Under the pieces are notes generated by a model. That model was not told the origin of the DNA. It saw only the letters and a program-made list of their open reading frames with translations, and did no database searches. Both the position numbers and the translations under genes were made by a program. Source: Anaeromyxobacteraceae bacterium (lineage in GTDB: Bacteria > Myxococcota > Myxococcia > Myxococcales > Anaeromyxobacteraceae). Taken from it: a stretch of DNA of 64,000 bases. Of this stretch, positions 8,571 to 17,726 are shown piece by piece. Location: the NCBI GenBank assembly GCA_032654565.1, contig JAULAX010000009.1, positions 160,001-224,000 on the forward strand, given 5' to 3'. Position 1 is the first letter of the stretch. Every line of letters starts with the position of its first letter.

Positions 8571-10226
8571 ATGTACCTCTTCACAGACGGTAACGTCCTC
8601 AGCCTGGCCACCTTCTTCCCGCTCGCCGGCGCCGCGGTCATCGTGCTGCTGATGATCGCCCGCGCCATGCTCGGCCTCGGCAAGGGGCTGGTCGACCAGG
8701 CCAGCCGCTGGATCGCGCTGGTCACCAGCGGCCTGTCGATGGCGGCGGCCATCGCCGCCTGGTCCCTGTACGACCCCAAGCTGGGCGGCGTGCAGCTGGT
8801 GGCCAAGGCGGTCTGGATCCGGGACTTCAACGTCGAGTACTTCGTCGGCGCCGACGGCATCTCCATCTCGATGATCCTGCTCTCCGGGCTCATCTCCTTC
8901 ATCGCCACCATCGCCTCCATGCCCTGGTGGGGCAGCCACCAGGCCAACGAGATGGCCGGGATGCACGACGACGGCCACGAGGACCCGCACCACCCCAAGC
9001 ACTTCTCGGTGCGCATGGTCCCCGGCTACATGGCCATGCTGCTGCTGCTGCAGACCGGCATGATGGGCACCTTCGCCTCCCTCGACATGTTCCTCTTCTA
9101 CGTGTTCTGGGAGGTCATGCTGCTGCCGATGTACTTCCTCATCGGCGTCTGGGGCGGCCCGCGCAAGGAGTACGCGGCCATCAAGTTCTTCCTCTACACC
9201 CTGGCCGGCTCGGTGCTGATGCTGCTGGCCATCATCGCCCTCTACTACACCAGCCAGCCGGCCCTGCTCGCCGACGGCACCATGTCGAACCTCCACACCT
9301 TCAACATCCTGGAGATGGCCAAGCAGGCCCAGGCCGGGGTCTTCGCCGCCGCCGCCCCCATCCTCGGCTTCGGCTTCACCAAGATCGTCTTCATCGGGCT
9401 CTTCATCGGCTTCGCCATCAAGATCCCCATGTTCCCGTTCCACACCTGGCTGCCCGACGCCCACGTCGAGGCCCCCACGCCCATCTCGGTGATCCTGGCC
9501 GGCGTGCTGCTGAAGATGGGCATCTACGGCATCCTCCGCTTCAACTACGCCATCCTCCCCGACGCCACCGCCTGGGCGGCCAACGCCATGGCGGTGTTCG
9601 GGGTCATCAACATCGTCTACGCCGCCTTCGTCTGCCTGGCGCAGAAGGACCTGAAGAAGCTGATCGCCTACTCCTCGGTCTCGCACATGGGCTTCTCGCT
9701 GCTGGGGATGGCCGCCATGACGCCGCAGGGGATCTCCGGGGCGGTGCTCAACCTCTTCACCCACGGCATCATCAGCCCCATGCTCTTCCTCATCGTGGGC
9801 GTGATCTACGACCGCGCCCACCACCGCGAGATCGAGAAGTTCGGCGGCCTGGCCACCGTGCTCCCCGAGTACACCGCCATCATGGGGCTGGCCTTCTTCG
9901 CCTCGCTCGGCCTCCCCGGCCTGGCCGGCTTCGTCTCCGAGTTCATGGTCTTCTCCGGCGCCTTCCCGGTCTTCACCACCTACACCATCATCTCCGCCAC
10001 CTCGGTGATCATCACCGCCGCCTACTACCTGTGGGCCATCCACCGCATGTTCCTCGGCAAGCTCAACCAGGCCTACGTCGGCTACCCGGACCTGGTCTGG
10101 CGGGAGCGGCTCACCCTCTACCCGCTGGCCGCCTTCTGCATCGTGCTGGGCTTCTACCCCCAGATGATCCTCTCGATGATCAACGGCTCGCTGCACGAGC
10201 TGATCCGGAACATCCGCCCGCTGTAG
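8571..10226 (+). CDS. nuoM: NADH-quinone oxidoreductase subunit M
   Basis: FYVFWEVMLLPMY, KIPMFPFHTWLPDAHVEAPT, KKLIAYSSVSHMG, SLGLPGLAGFVSEF. Confidence 0.97.
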   Translation: MYLFTDGNVLSLATFFPLAGAAVIVLLMIARAMLGLGKGLVDQASRWIALVTSGLSMAAAIAAWSLYDPKLGGVQLVAKAVWIRDFNVEYFVGADGISISMILLSGLISFIATIASMPWWGSHQANEMAGMHDDGHEDPHHPKHFSVRMVPGYMAMLLLLQTGMMGTFASLDMFLFYVFWEVMLLPMYFLIGVWGGPRKEYAAIKFFLYTLAGSVLMLLAIIALYYTSQPALLADGTMSNLHTFNILEMAKQAQAGVFAAAAPILGFGFTKIVFIGLFIGFAIKIPMFPFHTWLPDAHVEAPTPISVILAGVLLKMGIYGILRFNYAILPDATAWAANAMAVFGVINIVYAAFVCLAQKDLKKLIAYSSVSHMGFSLLGMAAMTPQGISGAVLNLFTHGIISPMLFLIVGVIYDRAHHREIEKFGGLATVLPEYTAIMGLAFFASLGLPGLAGFVSEFMVFSGAFPVFTTYTIISATSVIITAAYYLWAIHRMFLGKLNQAYVGYPDLVWRERLTLYPLAAFCIVLGFYPQMILSMINGSLHELIRNIRPL

Positions 10227-10245
10227 CGGCGACAAGGGAGCCGAC

Positions 10246-11799
10246 GTGACGCACCTCCTCTCTCTGGTCGACGTGAACCTGGCCTCGGTGGCGGCCTTCC
10301 GCCCCGAGCTGACCCTGACCTTCGGGGCCATGTTCCTGTTCATCCTCGACCTGTTCTGGAAGGGCCACCCGGGCCGGCCGGCGCGGCTGGCCACCGGGGC
10401 GCTGCTGGTGCTGGGCGTGGCCGCCTGGTTCCTGGCCAGCCAGCCGGGCGGGTCCCGCCTGCTCTTCAACGGCATGATCGCCACCGACGGGTTCGCCACC
10501 TTCTTCAAGTGGCTCTTCCTGCTGGCGGCGGCCCTCACCGTGCTCATCGCCGCGCCCGGCAAGGACTTCCCGCCGCAGCGGATCGGCGAGTTCTACGCCC
10601 TGCTCATGGCCATGGTGCTGGGGCTGTTCCTCATGGCCAGCGCCACCGACCTGCTGATGGTCTACCTCTCCATCGAGCTGGTCTCGCTCTGCAGCTACGT
10701 GCTGGCCGGCTTCAAGAAGAACGACCGGCGCGCCGCCGAGGCCTCGCTGAAGTACGTCATCTACGGCGGGGTCGCCTCCGGGGTGATGCTCTTCGGGATG
10801 AGCTACCTCTTCGGCCTGCTCGGCACCACCAGCCTCGGCGAGCTGGCCGGGCACATCCGCCACCTCCAGGCCACCGGCCTGCCGGCGGCCGCCACCAAGC
10901 TGACCCTGGTGGTGGCGGTGGTGCTGGTCACCGCCGGGGTCGGCTACAAGATCGCCGCGGTGCCCTGGCACATGTGGTGCCCCGACGTGTACGAGGGGGC
11001 CCCCACCCCGTTCACCGCCTTCCTCTCGGTCGGCCCCAAGGCGGCCGGCTTCGCGGTGGCGCTCCGGCTCTTCTACGGCGCCCTCTCCGGCCCGTCGGCA
11101 GTGGCCCCCGGGTTCGGCGAGGCGGTGGGCAGCATCCCCTGGCCGGCCATCATCGGCATCATGGCCGCGGTCACCATGACCCTCGGCAACCTCACGGCGC
11201 TGGCCCAGACCAACCTGAAGCGGCTGCTGGCCTACTCCTCGATCGCCCACGCCGGCTACATGCTGATGGGGCTCTCGGCCGCGTCGGACCGCGGCACGCA
11301 GGCCATCATGATCTACCTGCTGATCTACGTGGTCATGAACCTGGGCGCCTTCCTGGTGGTGATCCTGGTCGCCGAGGCCACCGGCTCGGAGTCGATCCTC
11401 GACTACCGCGGCCTGGCCAGGCGCCACCCGCTGGCGGCCACCGCCTTCGCCATCTTCCTCTTCTCGCTCACCGGCATCCCGCCCTTCGCCGGCTTCGTGG
11501 GCAAGTGGTACCTGTTCGTGGCCGTGCTGGATCGGGTCCCGGGGCCGAGCGGCAACTGGTACGCGGTGCTGGCCATCATCGGCGCGATCAACAGCGCCAT
11601 CTCGCTCTACTATTACGTGCGGGTGATCCGGGCCATGTTCATCGACCTGCCCTACGCCGAGCCGCGCCAGGCCCCGGCCACGCCCCTGATGTACCAGGTG
11701 CTGCTCTCGGCCTCGGCGGTGGCGGTGCTGGTGTTCGGCCTCTGGTGGACCCCCATGGTCGACTGGACGGCGGCCTCGCTCCACATCTTCAAGGGGTAG
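10246..11799 (+). CDS. nuoN: NADH-quinone oxidoreductase subunit N
   Basis: EASLKY, KIAAVPWHMWCPDVYEGAPTP, KRLLAYSSIAHAGY, SLTGIPPFAGF.GK. Confidence 0.96.
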   Translation: MTHLLSLVDVNLASVAAFRPELTLTFGAMFLFILDLFWKGHPGRPARLATGALLVLGVAAWFLASQPGGSRLLFNGMIATDGFATFFKWLFLLAAALTVLIAAPGKDFPPQRIGEFYALLMAMVLGLFLMASATDLLMVYLSIELVSLCSYVLAGFKKNDRRAAEASLKYVIYGGVASGVMLFGMSYLFGLLGTTSLGELAGHIRHLQATGLPAAATKLTLVVAVVLVTAGVGYKIAAVPWHMWCPDVYEGAPTPFTAFLSVGPKAAGFAVALRLFYGALSGPSAVAPGFGEAVGSIPWPAIIGIMAAVTMTLGNLTALAQTNLKRLLAYSSIAHAGYMLMGLSAASDRGTQAIMIYLLIYVVMNLGAFLVVILVAEATGSESILDYRGLARRHPLAATAFAIFLFSLTGIPPFAGFVGKWYLFVAVLDRVPGPSGNWYAVLAIIGAINSAISLYYYVRVIRAMFIDLPYAEPRQAPATPLMYQVLLSASAVAVLVFGLWWTPMVDWTAASLHIFKG

Positions 11800-11907
11800 C
11801 CGGCGCGCCGGTTCGCGCCCCGCGCCCGACGCCACCACGAGGCCCGATCGCACCCGCGGTCGGGCCTCTGCCTTTCCGGGGCGTTCGGGATAGAGTCCGG
11901 CATCGCC

Positions 11908-12804
11908 ATGGATCAGAAGCCCGCCCTCGAGCGCCGCCGCGACCGCCGGCACCCGCACCGGATGCGCATCGTCCTCACCCGCGCCGGGCAGGACCAGGTG
12001 GCGCAGACCGAGGACGTCAGCTTCGCCGGGGTCTTCATCCGCATGGACACCCCCCTGCCCGCCCGCCAGCTGGTGCGGCTTCGGCTGACGCTTCACGACG
12101 GCGAGGAGCTGTCGGCGATGGGGATGGTGGCGCGCCACATCCCGGCCCGGGAGGGCCTGGCGCCGGGGGTCGGGATCCAGTTCTACTCCCTGTCCGCGAG
12201 CGACCGCCGGCGCTGGAACGAGTTCATCCGCCTGGTCTCCGCCGAGCGGCCGGTCCCGGCCACCATCCCGTCGGCCACCATCCCGCCGGTCGCCACCCGC
12301 CCCGCCGCCGTTCCTGCGGCCAGCGCCCCACCGGCCGCCGTCCCCCCGGTCCCCCCGCCGGCGCCGCCCGTGGCCGACTGGGACCTGGAGGAGACGGTGG
12401 AGGTGGAGATCGAGCCCCCGCCCGAGCCGATCCGGCGGAGCTTCCCCCGCTACGCCGCCTCGCTGCAGGTCCGCCTCCACTCGGTGGACGACCTGCGCCT
12501 GCTCTACACCCGCAACGTCTCCAAGGGCGGCCTCTACTTCGACACCAGCCAGGACTTCGCCGAGGGGACCGCCTTGAAGGTGACGGTGATCCACCCGCGG
12601 ACCCACGAGCAGTTCCCGCTCGAGGCGGTGGTGCGCTGGCGCAACACCTCGGCCGACCCCGGGCTGGGGCTGGAGTTCGTCCAGCTGTCCGATGAGCGCC
12701 GTGAGGAGTTCTTCGAGTTCGTCAGCTCGGAGATCGCCGTCGAGGAGGTGGTCTACGTCTCCGAGGGCGATCCCCACCTGACCCACTTCGTCCCGCCGGC
12801 CTGA
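11908..12804 (+). CDS. Tandem PilZ-domain protein (putative c-di-GMP receptor)
   Basis: Two RxxxR...(D/N)xSxxG modules (RRDRR..DVSFAG; RSFPR..NVSKGG) joined by a Pro-rich linker. Confidence 0.85.
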   Translation: MDQKPALERRRDRRHPHRMRIVLTRAGQDQVAQTEDVSFAGVFIRMDTPLPARQLVRLRLTLHDGEELSAMGMVARHIPAREGLAPGVGIQFYSLSASDRRRWNEFIRLVSAERPVPATIPSATIPPVATRPAAVPAASAPPAAVPPVPPPAPPVADWDLEETVEVEIEPPPEPIRRSFPRYAASLQVRLHSVDDLRLLYTRNVSKGGLYFDTSQDFAEGTALKVTVIHPRTHEQFPLEAVVRWRNTSADPGLGLEFVQLSDERREEFFEFVSSEIAVEEVVYVSEGDPHLTHFVPPA

Positions 12805-12982
12805 GCGCCGCGGCGAACCCGGGCGCAGGCGACCTCGCCGCCCTGGTCCCGCCTGGCCGGTGCGTGGGCAGGTGGGACGGCACCCGTCCGCGCCATCACA
12901 ATGAGGGAGGCCACGATCATTCTGATGGCCCGGCCAGGGCCCGCGGCGGCGCAACCGACCGTGATCGCTGGCACCCGGCCCT

Positions 12983-12998
12983 TGGCCCGGGGGGTGCT
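12983..12998 (+). promoter_or_regulatory. Candidate sigma54 -24/-12 promoter upstream of the ompA-like gene
   Basis: TGGCCCGGGGGGTGCT fits GG-N10-GC with flanking T..T. Confidence 0.4.
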
Positions 12999-13121
12999 CT
13001 AGGAGGGCTCCGAACGGTGGGCCCCCGGACCGGCGGGACCCGAAGCCCTCCACGGCACCGACCCCGGCAGCATGGTCGCGCGGAGCGCCTCCTCGCGCGG
13101 ATCACAGGGAAGGCCACAGAC

Positions 13122-14294
13122 ATGAACCAGGGAATCGATTTCGCCCGCCCGGCCAGGGCCGCCGCGCTCGGCGCGGCACTGCTGTTCCTCTCGCCGCTCG
13201 CCCGGGCCGCCGACCCGGCGACCACCGCCCACGACCCGCTGCCGACCGAGGCCGGGGCCTTCACGCTGAAGCTGGAGCCGGGCGTGTCGTTCCCGCTGAC
13301 CTCGCCGCAGTCGGACCGCTTCGACACCGGCGGCAGCTTCGCCGTCAAGGGGCTCTGGTCGCTCAACCGCTACCTCGCGCTCGGCCCCAGCCTGACCTAC
13401 ACGGCCCTCCCGGCCGCCGGCGCCGCCGCCGACTTCGGCACCGCCTGGGCCATCGGCCCGAGCCTGGTGCTGGCGCGCCCGCGCGATCTCGCCGACGACG
13501 ACAGGTTCCACAACATCTCGCCCTGGGTCGACGTCGATGCCCAGTATGTCCGCACCGGCCCGCTCAACCGCCCCGGCTTCGCCGTCGGCGCCGGCGCCGC
13601 CATGCCCATCGGCAAGGCGCGCGCCTTCTGGCTCGGGCCGTTCGTCCGCTACTCGCAGATCATCCAGGGCTCGCGGGCCGGCTATGACAACCACGACGCC
13701 AAGATCCTCACCGTCGGGATCAGCCTCGACGTCGGCTCGGGCGCCCGGCGCCCGGTGGAGCGCGAGCCGGCCCCTCCTGCCGAGATCCGCACCGTGGTCC
13801 AGGAGTCGGTCTCCTGCCCCGACCGCGACGCCGATGGCGTCCCCGACAACATCGACCGCTGCCCCGACGTGGCCGGCACGTGGGCCGATCACGGCTGCCC
13901 CGCCTACAAGAAGCTGGTGGTCCAGCCCGACAAGCTCGAGCTGAAGGAGAAGCTCTTCTTCGACTGGGACAAGGCCACCCTGCAGCCCGAGTCGTTCCCG
14001 GTCCTCGACGAGGTGGTCCAGGCCCTCAAGGAGAACAAGGGCTTCAGGGTCCAGGTGCAGGGCCACACCTCCTCCGAGGGGGGCGTCGCGCACAACCAGG
14101 CGCTCTCCGAGAGGCGGGCCGAGGCCGTCCTCGCCTACCTCGCGTCGCACGGCATCACCAGGGATCGGCTCACCTCGAAGGGCTTCGGCTCCACGGTTCC
14201 GGCCGGCCCCAACACCACCCTCGCCGGCCGCGAGAAGAACCGCCGCGTCGAGTTCGTCGTCCACTTCAAGATCGTCACCGACGGGAGCAAGTAG
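13122..14294 (+). CDS. OmpA-family outer membrane protein (beta-barrel, Asp-rich TSP3-like repeat, OmpA C-terminal domain)
   Basis: Signal peptide; DRDADGVPDNIDRCP; FDWDKA..VQGHTS..NQALSERRAEAV..GFG..GREKNRRVEF. Confidence 0.9.
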   Translation: MNQGIDFARPARAAALGAALLFLSPLARAADPATTAHDPLPTEAGAFTLKLEPGVSFPLTSPQSDRFDTGGSFAVKGLWSLNRYLALGPSLTYTALPAAGAAADFGTAWAIGPSLVLARPRDLADDDRFHNISPWVDVDAQYVRTGPLNRPGFAVGAGAAMPIGKARAFWLGPFVRYSQIIQGSRAGYDNHDAKILTVGISLDVGSGARRPVEREPAPPAEIRTVVQESVSCPDRDADGVPDNIDRCPDVAGTWADHGCPAYKKLVVQPDKLELKEKLFFDWDKATLQPESFPVLDEVVQALKENKGFRVQVQGHTSSEGGVAHNQALSERRAEAVLAYLASHGITRDRLTSKGFGSTVPAGPNTTLAGREKNRRVEFVVHFKIVTDGSK

Positions 14295-14295
14295 C

Positions 14296-14529
14296 ATGAG
14301 GACCTTCAAGAGCGCGCTGCTGGGCGCCGTGGCCCTCCTCTCCTCCGCCTGCGGCCAGCAGGTGGTCGAGTTCCCCATCGCCGTCGGGACCATCCACGCC
14401 GGCGACCCGGCCGCGGCCACCGCCATCGCCGACCTGACCACCGCCGACACCGACGCCGCCGGCCGGACGCTCTGCCGCATCGCCTCGGTGACGCTGGACG
14501 CCAACCTCATCGTCAAGCCGGCGCCGTAA
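14296..14529 (+). pseudogene. Internally deleted ice-binding (DUF3494/IBP-1-like) lipoprotein remnant, 77 aa, still in frame
   Basis: Lipobox LSSAC. GTIHAGDPAAATAIADLTTADTDAAGRT resembles the DUF3494 long helix and SVTLDANLIVKP resembles the last strand; the beta-solenoid core is missing. Confidence 0.7.
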
Positions 14530-14561
14530 CCCGTCGCTGCCCGGGGGGGGCAGGTCGCACC

Positions 14562-14601
14562 GGCGGGAGGGGATCCCTGATCCCTTCCCGCCCCTTTCTT
14601 T
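14562..14601 (+). terminator. Rho-independent terminator after the ompA and remnant genes
   Basis: 14-bp stem GGCGGGAGGGGATC-cct-GATCCCTTCCCGCC followed by CCTTTCTTT. Confidence 0.75.
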
Positions 14602-14611
14602 GGAGGTGGGC

Positions 14612-15208
14612 ATGGAGTCCGACCGCGACCAGGTCGACCAGAACATCGAGGCGGTGCAAGGCTTCTACACGCGGGAGGACCGGAAGATCAGCCGGTCCCA
14701 GCGGGCCCTGGAGTGGCTCAGCCGCTTCGTCGGCACGCCCGCCTACCTCGGCTTCATCCTGCTGGCGGTCACCGCCTGGATCGCCGCCAACCACGCGCTC
14801 GGCCGCCTCGGCCTGGCCCCGCTCGACCCGCCGCCCTACTTCTGGCTGCAGGGTGTGGTGGGGCTGGGGGCGCTGTTGACGGCGACCGTGGTCCTGACCA
14901 AGCAGAACCGGCTCGCCGGCCTGGCGGAGCAGCGAGCCCACCTCGACCTGAAGGTGACCCTCCTGACCGAGCAGAAGGCCGCCAAGCTGATCGACCTGCT
15001 GGAAGAGCTGCGCCGCGATCTCCCCAACGTCAGGGACCGCCACGACCCCGCCGCGGCCTCCCTGCAGCAGCCCATGAGCCCGGCGCTGGTGCTGGCGGCG
15101 CTCGACGAGGGGGCCGGGCCGGGCTCCCGTCCCGACGAAGAGGACGGTGGGGACGCCGCCAGCGACGTGGAGACTCACGCCGCCCCGCCCCGGGACGGGG
15201 CCAGGTGA
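14612..15208 (+). CDS. DUF1003-family membrane protein
   Basis: GGAGG RBS at 14602; two TM helices, DPPPYFWL, VLTKQNR..RAHLDLKVTLLTEQK pattern. Confidence 0.82.
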   Translation: MESDRDQVDQNIEAVQGFYTREDRKISRSQRALEWLSRFVGTPAYLGFILLAVTAWIAANHALGRLGLAPLDPPPYFWLQGVVGLGALLTATVVLTKQNRLAGLAEQRAHLDLKVTLLTEQKAAKLIDLLEELRRDLPNVRDRHDPAAASLQQPMSPALVLAALDEGAGPGSRPDEEDGGDAASDVETHAAPPRDGAR

Positions 15209-15217
15209 GCGGCGCCC

Positions 15218-16048
15218 TCAGGGTCGGCGCCGCTCCAGCGCCGCCAGCGCCTCCGGCGACATGCTCACCATCCCCAGGTGGCGGTCCGGCGAGATGGCCG
15301 GGCCGTGGAAGTCGGAGCCGGCGGTGCAGACCAGGCCGTTGGCGTCGGCGGCCCGCTGGTACTTCTCGCGCACCGACGGGTTCTGGTCGGGGTGGATCAC
15401 CTCGACGCCCACCACCCCCACCGCCGCCAGCCGGGCCACCTCGGCGACCTCCAGCTTCGACACCCCGGGGTGGGCGATGGTGACGGTGCCGCCGGCGCCG
15501 CGGACCAGGGCCACGGCGTCGGCCGCCTCCAGCCGGTAGCGCTGCACGTAGGCCGGCTGCCCCTCGCCGAGGTAGCGGTCGAAGGCCTCCTTCACCGAAG
15601 CCACCGCGCCGCTCCCGACGATGGCGCGGGCCACGTGCGGCCGGCCGATGGTCTTGCCGCCGGAGTGGGCCTCGATGGCCGCGGCGGTGACGTGGACGCC
15701 GAGCGCCGCCAGCCGCTCCACCATCAGCCCCATCCGCTCGCGCCGCCGGGCGGCGAGGAAGTCCTCGAAGTCGCGCAGCGACGGCGAGGTGGGATCGACG
15801 AAGTGGCCGAGCAGGTGGATCTCGCGCCGCTCCAGGAAGGCCGACAGCTCGATCCCGGGGATCAAGCGAACGTTGACCCGCAGCGCCGCGTCGGCGGCCT
15901 CCTCCAGGCCGGCCACGGTGTCGTGATCGCAGAGTGCCCAGGCGCTGCAGCCTGCGGCAGAAGCGCGCAGCGCCACCTCGGACGGCGAGAACTGCCCGTC
16001 CGAGGCCAGCGAGTGGCTGTGCAGATCGATGATCCCGGCCGCGCCCAT
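15218..16048 (-). CDS. PHP-domain metal-dependent phosphoesterase (TrpH/YciV-like)
   Basis: DLHSHSLASDG, CDHDT, GIELS, HLLG, GRPHVA, AHP, GSDFHG. Confidence 0.92.
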   Translation of the reverse strand: MGAAGIIDLHSHSLASDGQFSPSEVALRASAAGCSAWALCDHDTVAGLEEAADAALRVNVRLIPGIELSAFLERREIHLLGHFVDPTSPSLRDFEDFLAARRRERMGLMVERLAALGVHVTAAAIEAHSGGKTIGRPHVARAIVGSGAVASVKEAFDRYLGEGQPAYVQRYRLEAADAVALVRGAGGTVTIAHPGVSKLEVAEVARLAAVGVVGVEVIHPDQNPSVREKYQRAADANGLVCTAGSDFHGPAISPDRHLGMVSMSPEALAALERRRP

Positions 16049-16112
16049 TGGTCCGCTGGTGCTCCTGTGCTAGGCTTTTCCTCCACCCCAGTCATAACCA
16101 GCGGAGCGCCTG

Positions 16113-16595
16113 ATGCAGCACGTACTCCGGATTTCCAGAAAGATCGACTACGGCCTGCGGGCCATGATCTACCTCTCGTCGATCCCCATGGAGTCGGTGG
16201 TCCCCTTCCGCGAGATCGCCCGGCAGATGGACGTCCCCGAGGACTTCCTCGCCAAGATCCTCAAGACCCTGGTCGACCAGGGGCTGGTCAAGTCGACCCG
16301 CGGCCCGCACGGCGGATACGCCCTGGCCCGGAACCCCATCGACATCTCCTTCCTCGACGTCATCGAGGCGGTCGAGGGGCCGGTGGCGCTCAACGTCTGC
16401 CTCGACGGCGAGGACGCCTGCGGCCACAGCACCTCCTGCACCATGGTGGACATCTGGCGCCAGGGGCAGGAGCGGATGCTGGACGTCTACCGGCAGTCGC
16501 GGCTGGCCGACCTGGCCTTCAAGGCCACGGCCGACGGCCAGGTGGGGCTGGTGCAGCTCTCCATGCCGCAGAGCATGGCGCAGCGCCCCTCCTAG
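16113..16595 (+). CDS. Rrf2-family transcriptional regulator with three Cys (IscR/NsrR-like)
   Basis: DYGLRAM, wHTH, STRGPHGGY.LA, C-x6-C-x5-C cluster. Confidence 0.92.
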   Translation: MQHVLRISRKIDYGLRAMIYLSSIPMESVVPFREIARQMDVPEDFLAKILKTLVDQGLVKSTRGPHGGYALARNPIDISFLDVIEAVEGPVALNVCLDGEDACGHSTSCTMVDIWRQGQERMLDVYRQSRLADLAFKATADGQVGLVQLSMPQSMAQRPS

Positions 16596-16628
16596 CGTCC
16601 CTCCCGGCGCCGCCCGCCGCCGACCCGC

Positions 16629-17651
16629 TCACACCCCGTGCTGCGCCAGCAGCGCGTTGGCCGCCGCCGGGTCGGCCTGGCACTCCAGCAGCGCCTTCAG
16701 CATCAGCGGCGCCACGATGGTGGCGTCCGACTCGATCACGAACATGGGCGTGTCGCGGGTCAGCTTGTCCCAGGTGATCTTCTCGTTGGGGGTGGCGCCG
16801 GAGTAGGAGCCGTAGGAGGTGGTGGAGTCGGAGATCTGGCAGAAGTAGGCCCACGGCTTCACCGGCTGGCTGAGGTCGTACTTGATCGACGGCACCACGC
16901 AGATGGGGAAGTCGCCGGCGATGCCGCCGCCGATCTGGAAGAAGCCGATCCCCTTCCCCTTGGAGAGCTCCTGGTACTGGTCGTAGAGCTCGGCCATGTA
17001 CTCGATGCCCGACTTGACGATCAGCGGGCTGCACTCGCCGGTCTTGACGTGCGAGGCGAAGATGTTGCCGAAGGTGGAGTCCTCGTGGCCGGGCACCACG
17101 ATGGGCAGCTTGGCCTTGGCGGCGGCCAGCAGCCAGCAGGCGGCCGGGTCACCCTCGTGCGACTCGGGCGGCAGCGCCTGGATCAGCTCGTAGAAGTACT
17201 CGTGCCAGAAGCGGCGCCGGTTGCCGGCGGTGGCCTCGGTCCACATGGGGACGATGAACTTCTCCACGGCGCGGAAGGCCTCGTCCTCGGGGATGCTGGT
17301 GTCGGTGACCCGGCGCATGCGGGCCTCGAGGATGCGGGTGTCGTCGTCCTTGGTGAAGTAGCGGTACTCGGGGAAGTCCTTGTAGGCGTGGTGGGCCACC
17401 AGCCGGAACAGCGACTCCTCCAGGTTGGCCCCGGTCACCGACAGCCCGTGGACCAGGCCGGCGCGGATGGCCGGCGCCAGCGTGATGCCGAGCTGCGCCG
17501 AGGACATGGCCCCCGCCACCGCCCAGAACATCTTCCCGCCCCCGTCGACGTGGCGCCAGTAGGCCACCAGCGCGTCCCGGGTGGCCCGGGCGTTGAAGTT
17601 CTTGTAGTTTTCGAGGACGAAGCGGAGGACCGGCTGGTTGGCGTTCGGCAT
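16629..17651 (-). CDS. Deoxyhypusine synthase-like protein
   Basis: AGAMS, TGANLEE, PGHEDSTFGN, FQIGGGIAGDF, SYGSYSGATPNEKITWDK, ESDATIVAPL. Start MPNANQ at 17651. Confidence 0.88.
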   Translation of the reverse strand: MPNANQPVLRFVLENYKNFNARATRDALVAYWRHVDGGGKMFWAVAGAMSSAQLGITLAPAIRAGLVHGLSVTGANLEESLFRLVAHHAYKDFPEYRYFTKDDDTRILEARMRRVTDTSIPEDEAFRAVEKFIVPMWTEATAGNRRRFWHEYFYELIQALPPESHEGDPAACWLLAAAKAKLPIVVPGHEDSTFGNIFASHVKTGECSPLIVKSGIEYMAELYDQYQELSKGKGIGFFQIGGGIAGDFPICVVPSIKYDLSQPVKPWAYFCQISDSTTSYGSYSGATPNEKITWDKLTRDTPMFVIESDATIVAPLMLKALLECQADPAAANALLAQHGV

Positions 17652-17726
17652 GGGCGGCGTTCTAGCACGCCGGGACGACGCCCCGGCAACCGGGTGTGGC
17701 CCCGCCGGGCTCGCCGTCATTGACCC

